Shown piece after piece: positions 24,950 through 34,148 of a DNA stretch of 37,571 bases. Position 1 is the stretch's first letter; each line of letters begins with the position of its first letter. The notes below the pieces were generated by a model. The model saw only the letters and a program-made list of their open reading frames with translations. It made no database searches and was not told where the DNA came from. This DNA comes from a virus. Lineage: Duplodnaviria; Heunggongvirae; Uroviricota; Caudoviricetes. Where the stretch lies: IMG/VR virus record IMGVR_UViG_3300028805_000083, positions 1 through 37,571 of that record, one strand, 5' to 3'. Made by a program: the position numbers and the translations under genes.

Positions 24950-25294
24950 TTACAAGAAATTTAATTCGTGTAATTTTTCAATCATAACCACGCAAGCATC
25001 AATAGAGTTGTCGAACCAAGTAACTGTTTCTTTTCCAAAAGATGTTTCTGCTATACAAGTATGATAATTATGTTCACTACTTAGTTTATAATTTGGAATA
25101 ATACTAAGCAACGCTGCAAGACTCCAAGCAGGGTATACTGCATTCTTCGAATACTTAGTACCAAGCCAAAAGGTTGTATTTGGTGCTTTCTGATTAGTAG
25201 TACCATACCATCCGCCATCCGCACTTTCTATTGGCAGAAACTCTGCCAACTTCTTTGACTGTTCTAGGTCAGTATATGATTTAATTGCTGCCAT
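24950..25294 (-). CDS. hypothetical protein, 114 aa
   Basis: IKSYTDLEQSKKLAEFLPIESAD...PAWSLAALL. Confidence 0.85.
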   Translation of the reverse strand: MAAIKSYTDLEQSKKLAEFLPIESADGGWYGTTNQKAPNTTFWLGTKYSKNAVYPAWSLAALLSIIPNYKLSSEHNYHTCIAETSFGKETVTWFDNSIDACVVMIEKLHELNFL

Positions 25295-25409
25295 AGTTAT
25301 TAAAATGTTTTATAAGCATATTATGTTTAAATAAATCTATGAATTCTTCTACTGAACCTCCATAAGTATATTTTTTTATAGTTTTCTCTTAGTGTCATAA
25401 TTATTCAAA

Positions 25410-25529
25410 TTAAATGTTATACCCGTCATTTGGAGTGTGTTCTTTTTCAAATTTAGCGAGATACATTATCCATAATACTAGAATTACGAATATGATTAGA
25501 CATGGAATAACTAATACTAAGCCTTTCAT
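25410..25529 (-). CDS. small single-pass membrane peptide, 39 aa
   Basis: MKGLVLVIPCLIIFVILVLWIMYLAKFEKE... Confidence 0.55.
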   Translation of the reverse strand: MKGLVLVIPCLIIFVILVLWIMYLAKFEKEHTPNDGYNI

Positions 25530-25531
25530 AA

Positions 25532-25831
25532 TTATTTTCTTTTTGATGGTTTATAAGCTGTTATTTCTTTTAGTTTATTGATAAAGCCATTCCACCCATT
25601 AATTTCAGTATCATCAAACTTAATACCAAGAACAATCTTATCAGACAGTACATTGGTTGGGTCTAATCTCATTGTGAGGACACTTATGGTGACGTTATAA
25701 TACTTCGCACTACGATAGGTATAAAGTATTCTGTTTGCCTTCTTATTTCTCTTTGCCACATACCCAAAGAAAGATTTACTCTCTAATATATTCTCAACGG
25801 CTTCGAGTTGTATAAACTTGTTTTTACTCAT
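25532..25831 (-). CDS. hypothetical protein, 99 aa
   Basis: First gene after promoter 25835-25867. Confidence 0.8.
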   Translation of the reverse strand: MSKNKFIQLEAVENILESKSFFGYVAKRNKKANRILYTYRSAKYYNVTISVLTMRLDPTNVLSDKIVLGIKFDDTEINGWNGFINKLKEITAYKPSKRK

Positions 25832-25834
25832 AGT

Positions 25835-25867
25835 GCAAAGATACGAAAAATAATTATATTATCCAAA
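25835..25867 (-). promoter_or_regulatory. Bacteroidetes sigma promoter
   Basis: -7 TATCTTTG, -33 TTTG. Confidence 0.8.
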
Positions 25868-25871
25868 TGCT

Positions 25872-26216
25872 TTAAGGTTTTTTAACCTTTTCAAGCATCA
25901 GTGTCATAACATATTCATTAGTGTGCTCAAGGTCTATGTTACCAGTCTTAGTATTCCTCACTATCAATGACTTTAAGATTGGCTCTAACGATGCAAAAAG
26001 GTGTTGTGGATAACCTTTAAGTAATAGTTTACATACAACGTTATCCTCTTCTACCTTGGTTTCCTCAACCCTTTCTTGCGGCATCATATTATCCAATGCT
26101 TGTGTAACAAGTGACTGTACGTTATCCCTTTGAGAATCGTTCATTGGTATCTCATTGAGAGCCTCGGTAATTTGACCTTTGTATATAGCGACTAAATCTC
26201 TTCTATTTCCAGCCAT
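25872..26216 (-). CDS. hypothetical protein, 114 aa
   Basis: TAATG-type overlap with the upstream gene. Confidence 0.8.
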   Translation of the reverse strand: MAGNRRDLVAIYKGQITEALNEIPMNDSQRDNVQSLVTQALDNMMPQERVEETKVEEDNVVCKLLLKGYPQHLFASLEPILKSLIVRNTKTGNIDLEHTNEYVMTLMLEKVKKP

Positions 26217-26773
26217 TATCCCAACAGTGTTTTTCTAATTATGTTACCGTCCACATTAGGGAACTTAGCCTTAACCTTTGGAACAATCTGACCCATATCC
26301 CTCATTGTAGGGGTATAGCCCTCTTCCTTTGTTGCAAGGTAATCTGCGATTACCTCCTTAGTGAAGTTTACTATGTCTTCCTCAGTTGGCTGTTTTGGAG
26401 TAAACTGCTCAATAACAACAAGCTCTGCCTTTTCTTTCTCATAGGCTTCTGTATTACTAGCTTTCTGATAGGCTTCCATTGTCTCCTTGTGGTTGCTAGC
26501 CATCCTAAGAAGCACCTTAACCTCTTGGTCTTGTGTGTTCTTATACTCCTTATTGGTGTCATAGTTGATATTGCTCTCACGTATAAGCTCTGCCTTAATG
26601 AGCTTGATTGCGTCAAGAGTACCTTTCAGCTTCAGTTCCTCAAACAGTTCCTCTGGAGTCTTGTCCTCGTTTTTAATCTGAGTGTACTGTGTAAGCTCTT
26701 TAGCTACCTTGTTAAAGGTGGTGTCGATTACTCTTAGTATAGAGTCCTCGTACTCTTTAGTATTGAAATTCAT
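26216..26773 (-). CDS. GatB/YqeY domain protein
   Basis: LRMASNHKETMEAYQKA...EKEKAELVVIEQFTPKQPTEEDI...TMRDMGQIVPKVKAK. Confidence 0.8.
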   Translation of the reverse strand: MNFNTKEYEDSILRVIDTTFNKVAKELTQYTQIKNEDKTPEELFEELKLKGTLDAIKLIKAELIRESNINYDTNKEYKNTQDQEVKVLLRMASNHKETMEAYQKASNTEAYEKEKAELVVIEQFTPKQPTEEDIVNFTKEVIADYLATKEEGYTPTMRDMGQIVPKVKAKFPNVDGNIIRKTLLG

Positions 26774-26785
26774 AACATTTAATTT

Positions 26786-27481
26786 TTATAATTTTTCGTT
26801 TTTAGACCACATAAAGTTTTTATGCTGTTTGTATTTACCACTACAACAGAGTGATACGCATGATGGTGAGAATCCTTCCTCTTCGGTTGCTTTAACACTA
26901 TCCCATCGTTTCACTAGATTACCATCCATATCAAACTGATACACAACGGTTTTCTTCTTTCCACTATTTTTACGTGGATGGAGTCTCTGACTCCTTTTGA
27001 AATTCTCAATCGTTTCTGGCTTATTCAAATTTTCCTTGTGTGTCATCAAGCATAGATTCTCCAAGTTGTTATTCTGTGGATTTGTATCTATATGGCACAC
27101 AATCAATCCATCTGGTATTTCACCATTAAAGGCTTTCCATACTAACTGATGAACATAGAAATGTTTTCCTTTAGCCTCTTTATTCGATAGAGAAACGTGT
27201 AGGTATCTAGTGGAAGGTATTTTTCCAGGTAATAGTGTTTTACCGAATTTATTCTTTACCTCTCCATGCTTATTCACCTTATAGTTTTCAAAATCAGGAA
27301 TTTGCTTCCACTCTTCTTCATCTAGTTGAGCAGAAGCATTTTCCAATTTCTTGGCTACTACCGATTCGTGGTATTTTTTCCTAGCTTGTTCCCTTATTCT
27401 CTCTTTATTGGCTTGATACCAATTCTTAGAGTAGTTGGGATTTTGCTCTCTCCATTTTTTAGCTTGTACAGAAGATGACAT
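26786..27481 (-). CDS. free-standing HNH homing endonuclease (NUMOD4 + HNH + NUMOD1-like)
   Basis: WKQIPDFENYKVNKHGEVKN; VHQLVWKAF..IVCHIDTNPQNNNLENL; VYQFDMDGNLVKRWDSV. Confidence 0.9.
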   Translation of the reverse strand: MSSSVQAKKWREQNPNYSKNWYQANKERIREQARKKYHESVVAKKLENASAQLDEEEWKQIPDFENYKVNKHGEVKNKFGKTLLPGKIPSTRYLHVSLSNKEAKGKHFYVHQLVWKAFNGEIPDGLIVCHIDTNPQNNNLENLCLMTHKENLNKPETIENFKRSQRLHPRKNSGKKKTVVYQFDMDGNLVKRWDSVKATEEEGFSPSCVSLCCSGKYKQHKNFMWSKNEKL

Positions 27482-28521
27482 TATACCAAATCGTTATTAA
27501 TCTTAATGATTGTAGCAACAGTCATTTCGATTAACGATTCCAAGTCTCTGTAGTCGCACACCTCAACTTGTGTGTGCATGTTGCGGTTAGGGATAGAAAG
27601 CAGTAGTGTCTCAGCGTCTGTAGAAGACTGTTTAATCCACACAGTATCAGTTCCACCACTTCCGATAGCAAACTCTTGATAAGGTATTTTATTTTCCTCA
27701 CAAACGCTCTTTACAAGTTTTGCAAGGTGTTTGTTGCTATCAACGCCATGTGCGATAGCACCTCCTTTACCGAGTTTAATATCACCCCATTCGTTAGGGC
27801 TGACATAATCATCGTCTGTTGCAAAAGTTACATCGTAGTCAATAGAATACTGAGGGTCGATTTTGGATGCAGCACCTACAGCACCGCTAGCTGATGTTTC
27901 TTCTTGAGTGCAAGCAACACCATATACTTTAACCTTTGTGAGATTCATGGCTGACAGTCTCTTCAAGACCTCTGCCATGACAAACACGCCCACCTTATCA
28001 TCAAGACCACGACTAGCGAAGCGATTCTCTCCCAACAGAATGGGAATATCGCAGATAGTAACTGGGTCTCCTATTGAAACAAGTTTTGCGGCTTCTTCCT
28101 TTGTCTCAGCACCTATGTCAATTTTCAAGTCTTTGACTTTGATTGCCTTGTCCTTGTTTTCTCCGTGATATTCAATGTGAATGGGTGTTTTACCAATTAC
28201 ACCATGAATCATTCCATTTGATGTATGGATTGCTACGGTAGAACCTGGCAATACCTTTGGGTCAATACCTCCATCTATGATGAAATGAATAAAACCCTTA
28301 TCGTCAATGTTCTGCACTTGAAGAGCAATTTCGTCAATGTGGCCAGAGAGCATGATTTTAACATCACCGCTACCTACTGAGAATGCAGCATTACCTACCT
28401 TGTCGATAAACTCAAAGTGGGCAACACCGTCCAAATAATTCTGTACTACTTGAGTGGCATTTTCCTCGTAACCACTAGGGCTGAATGCTCTTAAAAGCGC
28501 ATTTAAAAAAACTTTATTCAT
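27481..28521 (-). CDS. M42 family aminopeptidase
   Basis: SGHIDEI, SRGLDDKVG, QEET, DVTFATD, GGTD, SIPNRNMHTQVEVCDYRD. Confidence 0.9.
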   Translation of the reverse strand: MNKVFLNALLRAFSPSGYEENATQVVQNYLDGVAHFEFIDKVGNAAFSVGSGDVKIMLSGHIDEIALQVQNIDDKGFIHFIIDGGIDPKVLPGSTVAIHTSNGMIHGVIGKTPIHIEYHGENKDKAIKVKDLKIDIGAETKEEAAKLVSIGDPVTICDIPILLGENRFASRGLDDKVGVFVMAEVLKRLSAMNLTKVKVYGVACTQEETSASGAVGAASKIDPQYSIDYDVTFATDDDYVSPNEWGDIKLGKGGAIAHGVDSNKHLAKLVKSVCEENKIPYQEFAIGSGGTDTVWIKQSSTDAETLLLSIPNRNMHTQVEVCDYRDLESLIEMTVATIIKINNDLV

Positions 28522-28933
28522 TGCAAATTGATAATATTTTAAATATGTTTTCTAATCTTTTATCGTTTCTTGTTCCGTCTCTTTTCAATACTGATACAAG
28601 TTGTTTTTCGCCAATATAACTTCTAAAATATGGCGGTATGTGTTTTTGATGCGTTAAAAGAAAATACCTCCACATAAAAAGTCTATAAAAAGTAGGAGTA
28701 CAACGTTCTCTATAAGTAAAATCGTCTATTAAATCTGATGCTGATTCAAAATATATTACAGCTCCAGAAATGCTTAGTGGATGTCTGACTAGCCAATTAA
28801 ACCTTTCCCTTCTGCTCATTGTGTTAGATTCAAACATCAAAAACTGATATTTGTATTCACGGCAAAACTGTAAAAATAGTTTGGCTATCCATCTTGAATG
28901 GTCTGAATAGTATTTTATGTGTTCGATATACAT
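28514..28933 (-). CDS. hypothetical protein, 139 aa
   Basis: ORF overlapping both neighbours. Confidence 0.75.
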   Translation of the reverse strand: MYIEHIKYYSDHSRWIAKLFLQFCREYKYQFLMFESNTMSRRERFNWLVRHPLSISGAVIYFESASDLIDDFTYRERCTPTFYRLFMWRYFLLTHQKHIPPYFRSYIGEKQLVSVLKRDGTRNDKRLENIFKILSICNE

Positions 28934-29790
28934 TATCCGAATACTTCTTTGAATGGTTGGAAATTACCATGTGGGTTATGCTCTCCATTTGTTGATGGAA
29001 CATTCAATATGGCAAAATGTATCACCTTGAATAACCCTTGGTATTTCTCCGAAGCCAAAACATCAGCAAAGAACTTTGCCATCTGTTCTGGAGGTGTGCC
29101 ATAAGCGCCACAGCCAAATGCACTGAGAACTAATGAATCGTTTTCATTCTCCAATGCAATGTTCAATATCTGTTTAATCTTGTTCTTGATAACTGTTTCA
29201 ACCCAAGGAACAATCTTACCATCCTCTACCCTCGGATTCTTAACTGCTGGCAGTGTGATTATATCCACGTAGAACGGCTCTTCCATGAGCTGATAGTCAA
29301 CATCATCACTCCCTCTGAAAACGATTACCTTGGGGCTATAAATGCCGCCATAGTTCATTTCTAGTGGGTATCTCTCATCCCTCTGTTCAATTCCATATTC
29401 ATCACCTATGTGGTGGAACTGATAGAGTGACTTAAAGAGATTGGTTCTTCTAAATAAGTTTTCTTCTTGTGCCGCAGAACCTGTGATTACGCCACCTCCA
29501 GGGGTATGGAATGAAGCCATATTTAAGACTGCTGGTTTTAACCCATTATCAATCATACTTTTAGCTTCATAGAGGCAATCATTGTTAATTACTTTAATTT
29601 CTGTTTCATAACGAGGTAGGGTGTCATGCTTCACTATGACTTTATTTCCATAGAACTTTGTGCCTTGAATCATGTAATCATCAAGACCATCTATGCGAAT
29701 TTCTTTACCATTAGGAGAGGTGTAGATGCCTTTCTTGCACAATTCTACTGTATTCGCATATAGTTCTGCTCTTTTTGGTTTATTCATCAT
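28933..29790 (-). CDS. TIGR02452/DUF2263 microbial-type PARG macrodomain (ADP-ribose glycohydrolase)
   Basis: VLNMAS..PGGG...GSAAQEENLFRRT (GGG-X7-QEE signature); LVLSAFGCGAYG. Confidence 0.9.
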   Translation of the reverse strand: MMNKPKRAELYANTVELCKKGIYTSPNGKEIRIDGLDDYMIQGTKFYGNKVIVKHDTLPRYETEIKVINNDCLYEAKSMIDNGLKPAVLNMASFHTPGGGVITGSAAQEENLFRRTNLFKSLYQFHHIGDEYGIEQRDERYPLEMNYGGIYSPKVIVFRGSDDVDYQLMEEPFYVDIITLPAVKNPRVEDGKIVPWVETVIKNKIKQILNIALENENDSLVLSAFGCGAYGTPPEQMAKFFADVLASEKYQGLFKVIHFAILNVPSTNGEHNPHGNFQPFKEVFG

Positions 29791-29959
29791 ACTCAAGTCT
29801 GAATTTATAGTCAAGAATCATTGCTTCATTTCTCGTAATTTCTTTCAAGCATTCGTCAGCCTTTTTTTTGTCGGAAAGAGTATGTATTTTTTCTCTTAAA
29901 GTTGCATTTGCGTTGACTAATTTAGTGATAGCCTCCGCTAGTACATTTTTTGATGCCAT
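29780..29959 (-). CDS. small coiled-coil protein, 59 aa
   Basis: Start moved to MASKNVLAEA, downstream of the promoter. Confidence 0.7.
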   Translation of the reverse strand: MASKNVLAEAITKLVNANATLREKIHTLSDKKKADECLKEITRNEAMILDYKFRLEYDE

Positions 29960-29987
29960 ATTTTTATTACTTTTTGGTTTGTTTTTA

Positions 29988-30020
29988 GCAAAGATATAAA
30001 AAAAAAATAAGTTATACAAA
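29988..30020 (-). promoter_or_regulatory. Bacteroidetes sigma promoter
   Basis: -7 TATCTTTG, -33 TTTG. Confidence 0.8.
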
Positions 30021-30029
30021 AAATAAACG

Positions 30030-30662
30030 TTAAATATTGTTACTTTTGTGAGATTCACGATATTTTTTTTGGTAAAGAGAAAATCTATCTTTATTATCTT
30101 GGTAATATTTTTTTATTTTATCTTTATGTAATTCATCATATAAACGTTTATATTCTTTTTTTTCTTCTCGATGTTCCTCTACATATTTTTTTTGATACTC
30201 ATATATTTTATTTTTATTATTTTTATAATATTTCTTTTTATATGTTGCTATATCTTCTTTGTGATTTTCTACATATTTTTTTCTGTATTCTAATATTTTT
30301 TCTCTATTTTTTTGGTAATATTCTTTTCTATGCTTTTTCTTTTCTTCTTCACTTATCCGTTCTACTTGTCTGCCTTTTTGTCCTCCGCAAGTAACATTAA
30401 GAACATCATAATCAGTATTGTTCTTATAATGTTCAATCCAGTATTTCTCACGTTCAACACCTTCATCAACAGATAAATTGTTTTCTATTATCACCATTTT
30501 AGGGTGTTCAACGCCATGTTCAGCACTAAACTGGTATGTTTTTTCACTTTCTCTGTGTCTATGGGTATAATGTCTACTTTTGGGGTTAATAGTTCTACCA
30601 ATATAAATGGTATTAAACTCTTCCCATAAATAAATGTAAATGTTATCTCTTTTTTCATTCAT
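30030..30662 (-). CDS. free-standing GIY-YIG homing endonuclease
   Basis: NIYIYLW...IYIGRT, R..H, EKYWI, DVLN; repetitive K/Y-rich C-terminus. Confidence 0.85.
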   Translation of the reverse strand: MNEKRDNIYIYLWEEFNTIYIGRTINPKSRHYTHRHRESEKTYQFSAEHGVEHPKMVIIENNLSVDEGVEREKYWIEHYKNNTDYDVLNVTCGGQKGRQVERISEEEKKKHRKEYYQKNREKILEYRKKYVENHKEDIATYKKKYYKNNKNKIYEYQKKYVEEHREEKKEYKRLYDELHKDKIKKYYQDNKDRFSLYQKKYRESHKSNNI

Positions 30663-30776
30663 AATGATATTGTTTTGATATAAATATCACTATAAAGCAA
30701 AAAGTCGCCAGAAAAAAAAAATCATAATACCAAGTTATTTCTTTAGTATTATGAGTTTTTTAATCAGTTTTAACAG

Positions 30777-31151
30777 TTAAGTACACAAATTTGTTTCAAT
30801 ATGATTATTTAGAAGGTCGAATTTCCTACTAATGACCGTTAAATCCTCTTGAATTGACGGTATTTTCGATTCAATCATACCTTTCAGATTATTAAGGTTC
30901 TTGAGAAGGGTCTCATTCTCCTTATATAGCTGTGCATTATCTTCTAACAACTTGTTAATATCAATTGGCTCACCACCACGTCTTCTTGTTTGTTCGTTGT
31001 GGCTATTTTCCCATGCTTTAACAAGGTCTAATTCTTGCTTGATAATATATCCAAGCTCCAATATGAGGCTCTTATCCCTCTTATTGCTTGCATTAGCATT
31101 AAGCTCAGATAAAATATCAATACACCTATTTAAATCCCTACCGTTAATCAT
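30777..31151 (-). CDS. coiled-coil hypothetical protein, 124 aa
   Basis: ORF track. Confidence 0.8.
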   Translation of the reverse strand: MINGRDLNRCIDILSELNANASNKRDKSLILELGYIIKQELDLVKAWENSHNEQTRRRGGEPIDINKLLEDNAQLYKENETLLKNLNNLKGMIESKIPSIQEDLTVISRKFDLLNNHIETNLCT

Positions 31152-31154
31152 TGT

Positions 31155-31322
31155 TTAAACTTTATAAATTCCACCATTAATCAGCCTACGCATTTCTTGC
31201 TCGAAATACTGTAACTGGGTTTCAGTTACGTTGTATAACCAGTCATTGAGATAGCGTTGATATTTAGCGTGGTTATTAACTCTAAATCTCCACTGGAGAT
31301 ATGTTTCTAATTCCTTAGTCAT
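31155..31322 (-). CDS. small protein, 55 aa
   Basis: Manual translation MTKELETYLQWRFRVNNHAKYQRYLNDWLYNVTETQLQYFEQEMRRL...; fills the gap exactly. Confidence 0.75.
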   Translation of the reverse strand: MTKELETYLQWRFRVNNHAKYQRYLNDWLYNVTETQLQYFEQEMRRLINGGIYKV

Positions 31323-31325
31323 ATA

Positions 31326-31928
31326 TTAGTCCCAATTTTCTTCATCGTATGGGTCATAACCATTATAGCCATAACAACTGTATTGTGGATTGCCACGGTA
31401 ATTTGTACCGCTATAAGATGGTTTTGCCTTGTTAATAATTGACTTTTTCAGCTTGCTTTTGTATTCATCACAGATTGGTTTAATGGTCTCACCGTTATAC
31501 TCAATCTTAGGGATAATGATTTTGTGAACGATTTCACCAGTGTTCATATCCACCAAAGCTAGCAGTTCCTCATTCCATTCATAACCATAACTAGCAAGGA
31601 TTTCAATAGCTTCTCTCTTCTCAAGAGGTGTGCAAAGACTCCACCAACTGTCTTCTACAAGTGTGTCAATAGTCTTTTCACATGGTTTTTCTTTAGTTGC
31701 CACGTCCAAAGATGGGGCATAACCCCAACCTACGCCATTATCAAGATTGCTACAATACTTATAAGAATCGTAGTATGCCGCCAAGGAGAACTTCTTGGTA
31801 TATTGGTAGTCAGGTGCTAAGTCTACACCTTCAAAGATACCAAAAGTTGTTTTGTTTTCTGTAGCACCATTGTATGTGCTATACTTAATGAAATCTCCCT
31901 TATTGAATGCTTTTTTTGTCTCTTCCAT
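31326..31928 (-). CDS. hypothetical protein, 200 aa
   Basis: ORF track. Confidence 0.85.
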   Translation of the reverse strand: MEETKKAFNKGDFIKYSTYNGATENKTTFGIFEGVDLAPDYQYTKKFSLAAYYDSYKYCSNLDNGVGWGYAPSLDVATKEKPCEKTIDTLVEDSWWSLCTPLEKREAIEILASYGYEWNEELLALVDMNTGEIVHKIIIPKIEYNGETIKPICDEYKSKLKKSIINKAKPSYSGTNYRGNPQYSCYGYNGYDPYDEENWD

Positions 31929-32544
31929 CTGTATATAAGTTGTATCTTTTAATTATTCTCAATACCTCTTGATTAACATAGGGATAAGGATTCATACCCT
32001 TGCTTATCATGCTTCTAACTAGCGTTGAAGATGCGTCCATTCTCTGCATCTTCACATACCAAAATCCTTTTGTTGTGTAACTATTCTTATTTCCCTTATG
32101 TATACTGAACGGTCTAGTAGGAATATAAATTTCAGTACCATTACCTCTTTTAATCTCAATGAAACCAACTTTATCTTTGATGTCAGTTTCAAAAAATTTC
32201 CAATTTGGAACGGCATCAATGGTATCGCTTCCACAGATTAAGAAGAGTTCATCGTTTGGGTATATCTCACGAAGCTTCTCTATAACCTTATAGGAGTACG
32301 TAGGAGGCTCAATGTCTTTTTCCAATTCACACACTTCACACTTCCCATCAAACGCCTCTATTGAAGCATTTATCATATCACAGCGCACATCAAATGGTGC
32401 TGGATTATTCTCTTTCCAAGGGTTGTGCTGTGCAACAACGAATAATACTTTATCGCAAAGACCACTGTTCAATACGCAAGATGCGATATTGATGTGTGCG
32501 ATATGAATTGGGTCAAATGAACCAAGTAGCAATCCTATTTTCAT
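31900..32544 (-). CDS. nadD: nicotinate/nicotinamide mononucleotide adenylyltransferase
   Basis: IGLLLGSFDPIHIAH, TYSYKVIEKL...LFLICGSDT, DASSTLVR. Confidence 0.9.
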   Translation of the reverse strand: MKIGLLLGSFDPIHIAHINIASCVLNSGLCDKVLFVVAQHNPWKENNPAPFDVRCDMINASIEAFDGKCEVCELEKDIEPPTYSYKVIEKLREIYPNDELFLICGSDTIDAVPNWKFFETDIKDKVGFIEIKRGNGTEIYIPTRPFSIHKGNKNSYTTKGFWYVKMQRMDASSTLVRSMISKGMNPYPYVNQEVLRIIKRYNLYTDGRDKKSIQ

Positions 32545-32821
32545 AATTATCTCCCACTAAAAGGTCATATATATCAGAGCCAAATGCTGCTCCAATACAG
32601 AATAGATAGTAAAGCGGCCATGCTATTGCTCCGAAAGTAATAATTGTTTTCTTGTTATTTGTTAATTTTGACATGAGAGCAGTATCTACTATACCCTCTT
32701 TCCATAAGGTTTCTTCCCCATATCTTTTTATTCTAGTCTCAACATCTTTCCTAACGATTAGGCATGTTATTACATATACCAAAATGGCTAAAAAGATAAA
32801 AGTAAATGTCATTATCGTCAT
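32513..32821 (-). CDS. two-TM membrane protein, 102 aa
   Basis: Two hydrophobic segments; first gene after the promoter. Confidence 0.75.
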   Translation of the reverse strand: MTIMTFTFIFLAILVYVITCLIVRKDVETRIKRYGEETLWKEGIVDTALMSKLTNNKKTIITFGAIAWPLYYLFCIGAAFGSDIYDLLVGDNYENRIATWFI

Positions 32822-32827
32822 TTTTTT

Positions 32828-32860
32828 GCAAATATATGAAAAAAAACTTAATTATCCAAA
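32828..32860 (-). promoter_or_regulatory. Bacteroidetes sigma promoter
   Basis: -7 TATATTTG, -33 TTTG. Confidence 0.8.
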
Positions 32861-32880
32861 TTTTTTAAGTTTTTTTAGGA

Positions 32881-33207
32881 TTAAAAGAACTTGTCTACAT
32901 TATTAATATAGACTGAATGTATCTCTTTATCTGCTGTTATCTTATCCAAAGGTTTAACAGAAGATTTTTCAACATAAGAAGTTATTATATCGTCACAGTC
33001 TGTGGGTGTAAGATATGGTCCAATCCAGATGGTTTCAGCCCATTCTTTATGTCTGACATAATATTTTCCATCTTTTGCTTTTCTAGAGATAAAAGCACTT
33101 CGTTCAATTGGTCTTCTATACCAAGGTAATTGTTTTACTTTCTCTTCAATTGAGATAGATTTAACTTGCCTACGATGTTTGGCAACGAAACTTGAAATAT
33201 CACTCAT
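32881..33207 (-). CDS. hypothetical protein, 108 aa
   Basis: Start moved to MSDISSF (ATGA overlap with the upstream stop). Confidence 0.75.
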   Translation of the reverse strand: MSDISSFVAKHRRQVKSISIEEKVKQLPWYRRPIERSAFISRKAKDGKYYVRHKEWAETIWIGPYLTPTDCDDIITSYVEKSSVKPLDKITADKEIHSVYINNVDKFF

Positions 33208-33425
33208 AAGCCTAGCCAAATTAAAAATCCACCAACACTGCAAAATGGGTTGACCTTATGATACCAAAGAAACATCCATAGTAAGGTAACTATAGTTATT
33301 GATATTAGCCAAAAAAATAAAGTAAAAATTTTTGCTTGTATCGTATCATACTCATAACATTGTAATGTAATCCACAAGCATGAGCATAACCACCCAATAA
33401 ATGCTAGAATTGCATAGAACAGCAT
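33204..33425 (-). CDS. small two-TM membrane protein, 73 aa
   Basis: Hydrophobic ORF. Confidence 0.65.
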   Translation of the reverse strand: MLFYAILAFIGWLCSCLWITLQCYEYDTIQAKIFTLFFWLISITIVTLLWMFLWYHKVNPFCSVGGFLIWLGL

Positions 33426-33440
33426 ATCATTAATAAAATA

Positions 33441-33475
33441 AATGGCTAGCCTTTCTTTGAAAAAAGCTAGCCATG
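33441..33475. terminator. intrinsic terminator hairpin
   Basis: ATGGCTAGC...GCTAGCCAT. Confidence 0.65.
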
Positions 33476-33479
33476 AATA

Positions 33480-33812
33480 TTAGTTTTCGAGTAGCTTGGC
33501 TAATTTCTCGTCATACTCTTGTAAAATAAGCGGATAATACATTGAATAAAACTCACGTATATCATCAAGTGAGTAGTCTTTCTTCATCTGTCTCAGAATA
33601 CATTTAGCTTCTAAGATGATAATCTTCTGAATATGTATATCTGGAACCTTACCATCACACCAATCTTCAGCCATCTTATTGAAGATGCTGACATATCCCA
33701 AATACTCTGCAAAAAGGATAAACAAAGGTGCTTCTACAATTATCACCTCTTCATTTGGCTGCTGATTTGTCTTAGTAGCAACCTCAACTACTGTTTTTGT
33801 TTCTGTACTCAT
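33480..33812 (-). CDS. hypothetical protein, 110 aa
   Basis: ORF track. Confidence 0.8.
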   Translation of the reverse strand: MSTETKTVVEVATKTNQQPNEEVIIVEAPLFILFAEYLGYVSIFNKMAEDWCDGKVPDIHIQKIIILEAKCILRQMKKDYSLDDIREFYSMYYPLILQEYDEKLAKLLEN

Positions 33813-33827
33813 TTTTATGTTATTTAT

Positions 33828-34040
33828 TTACCAACTATCTACGTCTGTGATATTTTTAACTTTTCCACAATACGGGCATACGATGTCAACACTACTACCT
33901 ATTCCAGTAGGTGTGAATATATACTTGAAAGGTGCATATTGCCTCAACGCATAGTGTGGTTTTGGTCTACACCTTTTATGCCATTGTTTAAAGTCATTGG
34001 CTCTTTTTTCTTCTACTTCATTTAACTTAAATTCTGTCAT
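33828..34040 (-). CDS. small Zn-ribbon-like protein, 70 aa
   Basis: H..C...FTPTGIGSSVDIVCPYCG. Confidence 0.8.
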   Translation of the reverse strand: MTEFKLNEVEEKRANDFKQWHKRCRPKPHYALRQYAPFKYIFTPTGIGSSVDIVCPYCGKVKNITDVDSW

Positions 34041-34148
34041 CAGTAAAATAATTCTGGACGTGAATAGACCACGCTATTCTTATTTTCTGAGTCGGTATGC
34101 GCATTTGTATCAGCATTGAATATAGTAGCTGCCGAGATAAATGCAACA

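Noticed and set aside
25300-25408. Possible frameshifted small gene (MTLRENYKK / YTYGGSVEEFIDLFKHNM)
   Set aside because: Too short to support without homologues.
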